From contig JBFIJM010000001.1 of the NCBI GenBank assembly GCA_041600715.1, positions 128,387-192,386 on the forward strand: DNA of 64,000 nucleotides, in the 5' to 3' direction. A program made the translations under genes and the position numbers. The stretch comes from Candidatus Saccharimonadales bacterium (GTDB lineage Bacteria; Patescibacteriota; Saccharimonadia; Saccharimonadales; 2-12-FULL-41-12). Positions 45,525 through 54,443 of this stretch are shown here, one piece after another. The notes beneath the pieces were generated by a model. That model saw nothing but the letters and a program-made list of their open reading frames with translations, had not been told where the DNA came from and searched no databases. The stretch's first letter is position 1. Every line of letters begins with the position of its first letter.

Positions 45525-45751
45525 ATGCCAACAACAATTGAACAGAATTTTCTAAGAGCATTTGGTAAGCAAGTCGCAGCATTGCGTAAGTCTCGTAACA
45601 TTACACAGCAGCAACTAGCTAAGAAATTGGGGTAAGTGTCGTTACGATTGCATATATAGAGACTGGCAAGCAATGGGTACGCCCTAAAACTCTGGGTGCG
45701 ATAGCCAAAAGCTTAAAGGTAAATGTTAGCGATCTTTTTCGCAGCATATAA
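45525..45751 (+). pseudogene. XRE-family HTH regulator interrupted by a 1-nt frameshift in a G4 run
   Basis: MPTTIEQNFLRAFGKQVAALRKSRNITQQQLAKKLG stops at 45633. The HTH continues in the next frame as VSVVTIAYIETGKQWVRPKTLGAIAKSLKVNVSDLFRSI. The shift lies at GGGG 45629-45632. Confidence 0.65.
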
Positions 45752-46066
45752 TAATACCCGACTTTTGTCCAAAAACGCTCCACATGGCTCGAGGTGAGTC
45801 CACAGAGGGCATATTTTTTATGGGTATGTTGTTCATCTTTTTACTGCTGAAAACAATGAGCAATACTGCAGAAATTTTTTTCTGAGATTTTTGGCCCTCT
45901 AACGTCATTTATTTTGTTATTTTTGCCATGCCATAGGTCAGAAATATATTGATCGATTGCGTTCATGGCGTGTTATGCCCATTGGTTATTTATCTGCATA
46001 AATTGTTCCCTGAAAATAACGTCTGTTACTGCATTTCTACTTCACGCTATAATGTTCACCAACACT

Positions 46067-46921
46067 ATGAAAGCTACAAATAAGGCATCACAAGCTAACG
46101 ACTACGCAATAGCAAAAGCACTAAATGATTTAGTCAACGGAATAGTATTGCAACTGTGTGCAGGAAATGCATACGATTTTTATACAGACAACGACATAGA
46201 GGGGCTGAACCGTGCATATATCCTCTTAACTCATGAACTTGCAAAAATATATTCACGTAATCAAGAACTACTTGCCATACAGCCCGAGCCGATATGGAGA
46301 CGTTTTGAAATTCTTAAGGGCGGTCCTATAGAGGAGATAGCGTCATATGTAGCTGATACTGAAGATTTTGGATATGCTCATAATCTAAAGGTGGAAAAGC
46401 TATGTGTCATTGCTGGTATAGACGCACCCGTCTATACTCCCGAACAGCATGAGTTGATTAAAACCACAGATCTCATTACTAGTCAGCATGCTAAAAAAGT
46501 TAAAGCTGCAATTAAAAATGAAAAAAAACCAGAAAAAGAGTATGGCTGGGAGATAATGTGTTACTACCTGACTTACAAGCCGGACGGCACAATCTTGATT
46601 AACGATGTCTTAAAGCTTAAGAAAGTTCATGCAGGGTCTATCACTGAAAAACTATTAGAACAATCGATTAAGACCCCCGATACAAAATTTAAACCCGATC
46701 TAGGCAAGACATCCAGAAATCTCAGCACCATAATCAGCAGTGCTGGTTTTACGCCTGTTCTTAGGGATTTGTTCTTTCCAACTGTCAGTGGCGACGCAAT
46801 TGTGTTTCGCCGTTTGGTAAGTAGAGAGCAAGCTATACTAGAGCGAATAGATACTGAAGAACTAGATTTACGTCTTAAAGAAAATGGAGCTGTGGGTAGA
46901 GTTGTCTTTGAACCGAACTGA
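46067..46921 (+). CDS. Hypothetical protein (island cargo)
   Basis: Long ORF with no motif recognised. Start uncertain: track 45965, ATG 46052 overlaps a TATAAT box, ATG 46067 chosen. Confidence 0.4.
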   Translation: MKATNKASQANDYAIAKALNDLVNGIVLQLCAGNAYDFYTDNDIEGLNRAYILLTHELAKIYSRNQELLAIQPEPIWRRFEILKGGPIEEIASYVADTEDFGYAHNLKVEKLCVIAGIDAPVYTPEQHELIKTTDLITSQHAKKVKAAIKNEKKPEKEYGWEIMCYYLTYKPDGTILINDVLKLKKVHAGSITEKLLEQSIKTPDTKFKPDLGKTSRNLSTIISSAGFTPVLRDLFFPTVSGDAIVFRRLVSREQAILERIDTEELDLRLKENGAVGRVVFEPN

Positions 46922-47062
46922 ACCGAAAAGAACCATTTAAAACGACATCAAACTGATACAGCGACCTAAAGCTTAATAAGATCTTTAATGGTGAACAGGA
47001 CGAATAATCCGAGTTCACCTAACCTTAATCGTCTCGTTAGGCGGACTCCATAGGAGTCAGTA

Positions 47063-47212
47063 ATGACAACAAATAATAAGCTCGTTGAAAGGTTTCAGGA
47101 GCTACACATTAAAAAGTTCGGGATAGAAATAAGCTACGAAGTAGCTAAACATCAATTAAAAGAACTAGCTGAGCTAGTACGACTAACTTCGAAAGTTGAG
47201 GCACTGAAATGA
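47063..47212 (+). CDS. Small hypothetical protein (49 aa)
   Basis: MTTNNKLVERFQELHIKKFGIEISYEVAKHQLKELAELVRLTSKVEALK, with RBS TAGGAG and an ATGA overlap with the next ORF. Confidence 0.4.
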   Translation: MTTNNKLVERFQELHIKKFGIEISYEVAKHQLKELAELVRLTSKVEALK

Positions 47213-47583
47213 AAGCCTTCAGCGTAGAAGCCGAGTACCATATGCTACTTGAGAAAATTGGTGCACATAGAGTCAAAATTAAAATTCTTGATCCAGACTT
47301 AGCAATGTACATAAACGGTATGGTTGTATTTACGCCTGACGGCGATAAGCATCCAGAGTGGACTGTATATACGCCAAAAGCTGGTAACGCTCGCATCGTT
47401 GAGTTCGCTAAAAGCTCAACTTTGTGGAAAGAGATTCAGGAAGCATGTATCGATGTAGTCAAGCTTGAAGAATCTTACAAAGATATGGATAAGGTCGATA
47501 ACATGAAAAAATACGAAAAGATGTCTGATGATGAATTCAACGATGATTTGAAGATAGATTTAGACAAGATCTTCCCTGACTAA
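47209..47583 (+). CDS. Hypothetical protein (island cargo)
   Basis: 124-aa ORF translationally coupled to the preceding small ORF. No motif recognised. Confidence 0.45.
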   Translation: MKAFSVEAEYHMLLEKIGAHRVKIKILDPDLAMYINGMVVFTPDGDKHPEWTVYTPKAGNARIVEFAKSSTLWKEIQEACIDVVKLEESYKDMDKVDNMKKYEKMSDDEFNDDLKIDLDKIFPD

Positions 47584-47605
47584 CTAACATAAATAATTTA
47601 ACAAA

Positions 47606-47696
47606 ATCTTTACTAATACAGGAAATCTTAACTAAAGATAATATCTATTACTTATATAAAGATATTCTTAGCTAAAGGTTTCCTGTAAGTAAAGAT
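47606..47696. repeat. ~90-bp imperfect palindrome upstream of the recombinase gene
   Basis: Left arm ATCTTTACTAATACAGGAAATCTTAACTAAAGATAATATC. The reverse complement of the right arm is ATCTTTACTTACAGGAAACCTTTAGCTAAGAATATC. The centre is 15 nt. Confidence 0.6.
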
Positions 47697-47786
47697 GTAT
47701 GCCCGGAAGTAACGATATACAACCGAACAGAATCCAACTATAATTAAACAATGAAATAGGACAATTGTCCAGTAAAGGAAATTACA

Positions 47787-49423
47787 ATGTACGACAAAAA
47801 TTTACAGAACTTACGCTATCGCTTGTATGCCCGTAAGTCTACGGACACAGAAGATAGGCAGGTTCAATCACTTGAAGACCAAGTGAAGTATATGAAAGAT
47901 AGAGCCGAGGAACTTGGTCTGAAGATTATCGGTAAGCCAATTCGTGAGTCTAAGTCAGCCAAGCGCCCAAATAATCGTCCCCTATTTTCTGAAATGCTGA
48001 AAGAAATAGAGGAAGACAAAATTGATGGAATCATCTGCTGGAAGGTCGATCGACTATCCAGGAATCCTACTGATTCCGGGCATATACAACAGCTATTACA
48101 AGACGATAAAATAAAGCACATTCTAGCGATGGATAGAAGCTATTTCCCAGAGGATAATTCTATTGTATTTAGTGTTGAAGCGAGTCAGGCTAACGAGTAT
48201 GTTCGTAAGCTTGCCGTTGATACTCGACGAGGTATGCAATCAAAAGCCGAAAAAGGAGACAAGCCAGGTGTTCCGCCTGTAGGTTACTTAAACGATCGTA
48301 TAGATAAGAAAGTTATTGCTGATCCTGATCGCTTTGCCTCTATGCGAATACTTTGGGACAAGATGCTTACGGGTACATACTCAAGGCACAACTTGTACAT
48401 GTGGCTGATAAAGAACTGCACATCACTACACCAGTTAGAGGCAAAACAGGTGGAAAGCCGATTTCCTATTCAACTCTTTGCGTTCTATTCAAGAATCGAT
48501 TTTATACGGGTCAACTGCCATTTAAGGGTGAGGTGTACCCTGGAAATCACCCTGCTATGATCACAGAGGAAGAATTTGAGCGTGTGCAGCAAATCATTGA
48601 TCCGTCACATACGACACGTCCTAAAGATAAGACCTATAACTTCCAGCTACGCAACTTATTCCTATGTGGCGAATGTGGTTTTGCGATTACTGTCGAACAA
48701 AAGCAGAAGCTCATAAAGTCTACTGGCGAAACCAAGACTTATATCTACTATCACTGCACAGGCAAAAATAAGAACATTAAATGTACTCAACCAAAAACAC
48801 ACGTTACTGAAGACGAGCTACTTAAACAAATTAAAGAAAAGCTTTCTAGATTTACTATTGACCCCGATTTCTACAAGCTGGCGATTGAACGGCTGGCTCA
48901 AGAAGAAGATGAGGTCGTAGAAAAGAACAACACCAAGACGATAGCTCATGAAAGAGCTATTAAGAAAGCTGAAACATCTATAACAAACCTGCGTCGTATG
49001 AGGTACGCAGGTGAAGCAGATGATGACTCTTGGTACTTTGCTGAAATAAAGACGCTAGAAGACGAGCTAGAACGCTTACAGGAGGCTCGTAATAAAGATG
49101 AGTATAAGGCTCGCAATTGGCGTGCCGTGGCTGATGAGACATTCACTTTTGCTCGTTACGCTAAGGAAGACTTTGACAGTGATGATTTAGAGAAGAAACG
49201 TTCTGTTGTCATGAAGCTAGGGGAAAAGCTGACGATTCTGGATAGAACCATTCAATTTACTCCTAATAAATACTTCATTCCGCTTGAAAAAATGAACGAA
49301 CAGCAGAAACTTGCCCCAGAAATGGTTAGAACCGACTTCCAACAGAGGGAAATCGGTCCTAAAAACGACCTTGTTCTATCTTGGCTCGGGAGGCCGGACT
49401 CGAACCGGCAACCTCGAAGTTAA
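47787..49423 (+). pseudogene. Large serine recombinase, split by a -1 frameshift near 48383; 3' end reads into tRNA-Asn
   Basis: - Frame 1 carries the resolvase domain (YARKSTDTEDRQVQSLEDQ, WKVDRLSRN).
- Frame 2 carries the recombinase and zinc-ribbon domains (LFKNRFYTGQL, CGECGF...YYHCTG) and a coiled coil.
- Homology is continuous across ...LTGTYS/KAQLVHVADKELHITTP.
- The last 14 codons translate the tRNA. Confidence 0.8.
49381..49399. repeat. Right att-type direct repeat (inside tRNA-Asn 3' end)
   Basis: Identical to 41681-41699. Confidence 0.8.
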
Positions 49424-49456
49424 CAGCTTCTTGCTCCACCATTGAGCTACTCCCGA
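49382..49456 (-). tRNA. tRNA-Asn (anticodon GTT), CCA encoded
   Basis: Reverse complement is TCGGGAG-TA-GCTC-AATGGTG-GAGC-A-AGAAG-CTGTTAA-CTTCG-AGGTT-GCCGG-TTCGAGT-CCGGC-CTCCCGA-G-CCA. Confidence 0.9.
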
Positions 49457-49511
49457 ATATGTGCGAATGTACCAAAATATTCTAACTGCTACCGATGTAA
49501 ATGTAAATAGT

Positions 49512-49928
49512 CTAGTGTAATCTAATAACTACAATATGCTCGGTTGTTGGCACGCCATCACGGACTAGTACTTTGGTAGAAGCGTAATTAACTTGGGCAC
49601 TCTCTTGATTTAGACAGGTATTAAAATCCTGACTCTCAATAATCTCATTGATAACTTTAGAATCGAATGTGCTAGTGCGAGCTAAGAAAGTGCACTCATG
49701 AGTAGGTATATAATCTTTGTTGGCTGAAGCATCTTGAAGCACTTTTTGCACAACTATATCATCGCTGAGATTTAAACTGACAGGAAGATCCTTTAAGATA
49801 GCTTTAATGTTCTGATAAGAATCTTGAGGGCTAATATTTGGGTCGCCCTGAGCAATGACCGTAGAGCTCGGAAAAGCTAAAACGGACCCACACAATAAAA
49901 TACCTGCAACAAAACGTCTCCACGTCAT
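49512..49928 (-). CDS. Hypothetical secreted protein
   Basis: Signal peptide (FVAGILLCGSVLAFPSSTVIAQG). No motif recognised. Confidence 0.45.
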   Translation of the reverse strand: MTWRRFVAGILLCGSVLAFPSSTVIAQGDPNISPQDSYQNIKAILKDLPVSLNLSDDIVVQKVLQDASANKDYIPTHECTFLARTSTFDSKVINEIIESQDFNTCLNQESAQVNYASTKVLVRDGVPTTEHIVVIRLH

Positions 49929-49947
49929 GCACTAAGTATGACACAAA

Positions 49948-50415
49948 CTATTTAGTTAGCGCACGGATCGCTCGATCTGTAGAGCGTTTATCGTCTCTCG
50001 CCTTTAGGGTCTGGCGCTTATCAAAGTTCTTTTTACCAGTACCTATACTTATTCGTATCTTGATGTACCTGCCCTGTGTCAATATTTCTGTCGGTATGAG
50101 TGACCTGCCCTGTTTTTTAGCTTCTAATAGTGCATTTATCTCGCGCCTTTTCATAAGTATTTTACGGCTTCGAGTTTGCTCAGCTTCATCTAGCTTTACT
50201 CCTCCAAAGCCTGTAATTGTAGCATTTAGTAAGAACAGCTCGTTGTCTTTAGCTACCACGTAAGCTCCGCGCAAATGCCCATGCCCCATACGCAGAGCTT
50301 TAGTCTCTGCGCCGGTCAGGACAAGGCCCGCAACAAAACTATCGCCTAGATCATAATCAAATCTGGCGCGTTTGTTGGTAATACGCTTTGTATCTTTGGT
50401 TTGCTTTTTAGCCAT
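49948..50415 (-). CDS. smpB: SsrA-binding protein
   Basis: NKRARFDYDL, GLVLTGAETKALR and a basic C-terminal tail. Confidence 0.9.
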   Translation of the reverse strand: MAKKQTKDTKRITNKRARFDYDLGDSFVAGLVLTGAETKALRMGHGHLRGAYVVAKDNELFLLNATITGFGGVKLDEAEQTRSRKILMKRREINALLEAKKQGRSLIPTEILTQGRYIKIRISIGTGKKNFDKRQTLKARDDKRSTDRAIRALTK

Positions 50416-50439
50416 AACAGATATTAAGTATGCGCTATA

Positions 50440-50468
50440 TTGACAGATTTTACAATACGTGCTATAAT
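50440..50468 (+). promoter_or_regulatory. Consensus sigma70 promoter TTGACA-17-TATAAT, ATG 7 nt downstream (leaderless geometry)
   Basis: Perfect hexamers at 50440-50445 and 50463-50468. The track ORF start (TTG 50440) is the -35 box itself. Confidence 0.6.
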
Positions 50469-50475
50469 GTATAAC

Positions 50476-51474
50476 ATGAATACAATAGTCTCTACAAATT
50501 TTGAACAGTTACATAACAATGTCCCCCAGGAACGTATCGAGAGTGCCGTCTCTTATTGGGAAGACCGCGATCTTTCTTCTGTGACCACAGAGATGCCTAA
50601 CACTCAACGGTATGGTTACGCTGACATTGCTGTAGTAATGCCAGATACGAAGGATGTAGATGAAACTAAGTCAATATTGTTACCGCTTGAATATAACCAA
50701 GGAGTAACACCAGCACATTATATGCGTGCAAAGATGGTACAGCAGTATGTTGCTCCAGATTCGCGTGTAGTGATTGTCCCTAACAGTAGTTTTGACAGAA
50801 ACCATGTGGATATTGTTAACGGGTTATCTGACTCATCTAAAGAAAAAATGGCTGAAGGTGATTATCGACCATATGCAGAGTTGATTGCGAATACTTTGGA
50901 TATGGCTGATAAAGTACATAGCTTCGGTTCTTTAATGATCCCAGGGTCGTCTCAGGGTGCATTAACCGGGCTAGCCTTAGCTTCTAGTGAAACCTTGGAT
51001 ATTAGCGGTGTGGTTGCCTTTGAAACTCCTAGCATGTCTCATCGTGACGCAAAAGCGCTTAGTAAGGATTTCCAGAAGTCTGGTGGTGGCATGACAGGAC
51101 TACTGAATGCCATAAAAGGGTCAGAGATAAAAGCGCAAAAAGAAGCAATGAGGGTATTTGATAGATTCCCTCGTGATATTGCCAAGTTCGTAATCAGAAG
51201 CTCGTTTAATGCTGACGCAAAGCTGATTGCTAAATCTATGGCTGGCTCAGCTGAGTACCTTGCAAATCCTGCAGTAAAGGCCTTAGGTGAAGGCGCAGTT
51301 AACTTTTATTACGTAGAGGGCAGTTCTGTGTTTGACCCAGAGAGCATATCAGATGAAACGCAAGCTTTGGCGCCAGTGATTCGTCTTGAAGGCCCAGAGA
51401 TGTATGCTCATGCGAGTTCTAATAACTTGCGTTTGTTTGCTTCAGTTGCTTATAACAGCTTTAAGACTAATTAG
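50476..51474 (+). CDS. Hypothetical protein, possible alpha/beta-hydrolase fold
   Basis: Nucleophile-elbow-like IPGSSQGAL. Otherwise unrecognised. Start moved to MNTIVST. Confidence 0.35.
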   Translation: MNTIVSTNFEQLHNNVPQERIESAVSYWEDRDLSSVTTEMPNTQRYGYADIAVVMPDTKDVDETKSILLPLEYNQGVTPAHYMRAKMVQQYVAPDSRVVIVPNSSFDRNHVDIVNGLSDSSKEKMAEGDYRPYAELIANTLDMADKVHSFGSLMIPGSSQGALTGLALASSETLDISGVVAFETPSMSHRDAKALSKDFQKSGGGMTGLLNAIKGSEIKAQKEAMRVFDRFPRDIAKFVIRSSFNADAKLIAKSMAGSAEYLANPAVKALGEGAVNFYYVEGSSVFDPESISDETQALAPVIRLEGPEMYAHASSNNLRLFASVAYNSFKTN

Positions 51475-52600
51475 TTTTAAGTAAATTTTCGGATTCTATT
51501 CTTTTAATCTCTGATTTAGCAGTTTCCCAAAGGTCGGATTTTCCGGCCTTTGTTTTTTGCCAGTACCACCACTCAACTCCCCAGAGATCCATCTGTTTCA
51601 TACCTGTTGCTTCACCGTATCTTATACGTTCTCTAAGACGCTCGGCATTAAGTGACTTCTCTTGTTCTGGAATAGAGCCAATATCATTCATCATGAACTG
51701 ACCGCTATCTGGTAGCCATGCCTCAGTCTGAAGCTCGTGTATGAACAGATCTTTCCCTACTAGTATCTTGCCTCCACCTGCTAATGACGAGTAAAACCAT
51801 GCCGGGAATGGATACTCGATATAACGCTTAGTAATGGTTTTATCCCAAACTCGTTTGTATATCGATACGCCAAATTTGTCTGGTTGAGGATCCCCTATCG
51901 GGAGACCTAGGGCGTTGTTGCTACGCGTGATAATAACAGGATGATTACTGTCTATATTTTTTACATACTCATACTCCCGAATCAAGCGGTCACGGGAGTG
52001 ATCAGGGCAAATACCAAATACGTCTAGGAAGAACTCGTTTTCTAGCTGATAACTTACTAACGAAGGACTGTCTTTATAGCGTTCCATAGTTGCCTTCATA
52101 TATCGTTTTAGCTTAGGTTCCCATTCGATCATGGATGAGTTCTCTGCCCATGTGGGCATATGACACTCTGGCCACCGAGGTTGGCGAAGACCTATTGCAA
52201 GCGAAACCTTGCTATTTGTTGCTTCAGCCAGAGCAAATTGCCAATCTAGCTCGCTAAAATCATAAACACCTTCAACTGGCTCGCCCTTGCTCCAATAGCT
52301 AACCAATCTAAAATTTTTAATATCCAAGTCGTCAATCATGGCTCTCATGGTTTCTTCGGCGTCCAGGCCATAATAACGCGCATAGTCTGGTATGAATGTA
52401 GCCCCAACTGTAAGCGGTTTATCTTTCTGAGAAGAAATGTACCACTGAGCAACGCCATACATAGTACTTACCGATATAAATACTATTAAGGCAATGACTA
52501 TATTGATTTTTTGGATCAGCGAGCGCCTGCCTAACCAGAATTTAATACGATTTAACCGCCTATTATTTGTTCCCAACTTTTTTGTGCTTTTAACTTTCAA
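51467..52600 (-). CDS. Membrane-anchored glycoside hydrolase, clan GH-A (GH5-like TIM barrel)
   Basis: N-terminal TM. YQLENEFF is a candidate acid/base NE and IHELQTEAW a candidate nucleophile E. W/Y-rich barrel pattern. Confidence 0.5.
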   Translation of the reverse strand: MKVKSTKKLGTNNRRLNRIKFWLGRRSLIQKINIVIALIVFISVSTMYGVAQWYISSQKDKPLTVGATFIPDYARYYGLDAEETMRAMIDDLDIKNFRLVSYWSKGEPVEGVYDFSELDWQFALAEATNSKVSLAIGLRQPRWPECHMPTWAENSSMIEWEPKLKRYMKATMERYKDSPSLVSYQLENEFFLDVFGICPDHSRDRLIREYEYVKNIDSNHPVIITRSNNALGLPIGDPQPDKFGVSIYKRVWDKTITKRYIEYPFPAWFYSSLAGGGKILVGKDLFIHELQTEAWLPDSGQFMMNDIGSIPEQEKSLNAERLRERIRYGEATGMKQMDLWGVEWWYWQKTKAGKSDLWETAKSEIKRIESENLLKTN

Positions 52601-52785
52601 TGTTTACCCTTACCCTAGATAGTAGACATGTTCATCAATATTTTCACGGTACCAGTAATGCCTAAATTGCCCACCTTGCACGATTTACTCTGCAACATAC
52701 ATTCATGTATGCTTTATCATAAATCCTTCAATGTGAACAATTTCCATCATTCTTGGTTTCCGAAAAATATTAAGGAACATGTCTA

Positions 52786-53589
52786 ATGGATCATAGAAAA
52801 CCACTAACGCTTTCGATAATAATACCAGCATACAACGAAGAGCGCCACATAAAAGCATGTCTAGACGCTATTGCAAAACAGACTGAAATGCCTAATGAAG
52901 TAATACTGGTCGACAACAACTCGACAGACGATACGGCTCGGATCGCCGTTACATACCCTTTCGTAACGATAATTAAGGAGCCTAAGCAAGGGATTGTGTT
53001 TGCTCGTAATGCTGGCTTTGATAAGGCGTCTTCTGAAATTATCGGGAGAATCGACGCAGATACAATATTACCGAAAAACTGGGTAAGATTAGTTAAGAAA
53101 TATTATGCTCAAGGTAATAGGTATAACTATGCTTTAACCGGAGGCGGATATTTTTATAATTTAAAAATGCCACCTAAAGCAGTAGGGGGATGGATCCATA
53201 ATCAGGTAGCTATACGACTCAACCGTTTTATTATGGGACATTACATACTTTGGGGGTCCAACATGGCGCTTACTAAGGAGCAATGGAATGCAGTAAAGTC
53301 TCTGACATGTAGCCAGACGGATATCCACGAAGATTTAGATCTTGCTATACACCTGAACCGCATTGGCTACCAGATCGCCTATCGGTCTAATATCCAGGTA
53401 GGAGTCAAAATGAAGCGGATGTTTGATGATTACCCGAGTCTCTATGAAAATACTTTGTGGTGGCCAAGGACACTAAAAAGGCACAATATAAAAAAGTGGG
53501 TGCTGGGCTGGCTTGGGGCGCATATTATTATGCTTGGTAGCCCGATACTAATTCTAGTTAATTTGCCTTTTAGAATATTTAAACGCTAA
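52786..53589 (+). CDS. Glycosyltransferase family 2
   Basis: LSIIIPAYNEERHI, VDNNSTDDT and GRIDADT (DxD-like), with a C-terminal TM. Confidence 0.8.
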   Translation: MDHRKPLTLSIIIPAYNEERHIKACLDAIAKQTEMPNEVILVDNNSTDDTARIAVTYPFVTIIKEPKQGIVFARNAGFDKASSEIIGRIDADTILPKNWVRLVKKYYAQGNRYNYALTGGGYFYNLKMPPKAVGGWIHNQVAIRLNRFIMGHYILWGSNMALTKEQWNAVKSLTCSQTDIHEDLDLAIHLNRIGYQIAYRSNIQVGVKMKRMFDDYPSLYENTLWWPRTLKRHNIKKWVLGWLGAHIIMLGSPILILVNLPFRIFKR

Positions 53590-54398
53590 GATGATTTGCT
53601 ACAATCTCCATATGCCTGTTTGAGCACTTTTGCGTCAGGAAGCCTATTGTGTAGATCTGCATAGGTTGGCCTACCACTGGTCAGGGCTGATTGTCCTGGT
53701 ATGTCAAAGTTATCTATCGGTGTGAAAGCTTGTTTTCGAGTTTTTTCATCGAAAGCATAGGCCGAGAACCTAATTGGAGCAATATAGTTAATGGAATCTT
53801 GTTCGGCTCGCATTATAGAAAAATTGTCTGACTTTGAGCACAGCGCACTGGGGTTGGCCTGAAATGAGAAAATTGTGCCAGCGGGAACTCTTACGCCATT
53901 AACTAATAGGGATTTGAAGGAAAGTGCAGTTGGTTGCCCTATTTCTTTATAGGCTAACACTACCTTGCCTTCATTGTTTACCAAAAGCGTCGAAGGAATC
54001 AAATCGGGGTCATCGTCCACGCAAGTTAGTGCGTCCCAGAAGTTTAGCTCGCTGTTGGCACAGATACCTGCGTTAGGTGCAGGAGGTGACCTAAATGCGT
54101 AAGCGGCTTTAAGTGCGACATGACCAATGTTTAGAATGTTATTGGTATGACGCAGTAAAACGTCCTTTTTTTGATCTTCGTCTAGTTTTATAGGCTCCTT
54201 CAAAAGTTTTGCTTCAGGAGTTTTACGTAAAATCCCTAACGCAGAGGTTGCCAAATTAAATAGTCTTGAGCCAACAAGAGCATCTTCGTTGTGGGGAACA
54301 ATAATACCAGCCCCGTATGGGTCATCATTCAGGGCAGACTTTAACTGAGGATAGTCAGTTCGCTCCATTACTTGAAGTTCATAATTTCCGTAGGACAT
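53586..54398 (-). CDS. Hypothetical protein
   Basis: 270-aa ORF with no motif recognised. Confidence 0.4.
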   Translation of the reverse strand: MSYGNYELQVMERTDYPQLKSALNDDPYGAGIIVPHNEDALVGSRLFNLATSALGILRKTPEAKLLKEPIKLDEDQKKDVLLRHTNNILNIGHVALKAAYAFRSPPAPNAGICANSELNFWDALTCVDDDPDLIPSTLLVNNEGKVVLAYKEIGQPTALSFKSLLVNGVRVPAGTIFSFQANPSALCSKSDNFSIMRAEQDSINYIAPIRFSAYAFDEKTRKQAFTPIDNFDIPGQSALTSGRPTYADLHNRLPDAKVLKQAYGDCSKSS

Positions 54399-54443
54399 AG
54401 CCAGCTATTATAACACAAAATGTACTAAATAACTATGTTATTG

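Larger units (their letters stand above)
41681..49399. mobile_element. Integrated island at tRNA-Asn (serine-recombinase type), probably composite or decayed
   Basis: The island is bounded by the 19-bp direct repeat. The recombinase gene abuts the intact tRNA. The cargo consists of defence-like and small membrane genes. The repressor and recombinase are both frameshifted. Confidence 0.7.

Noticed and set aside
48353-48560. Two separate overlapping recombinase genes
   Set aside because: Domain order and continuous family-like sequence across the overlap indicate a single large serine recombinase with one -1 frameshift, not two genes.
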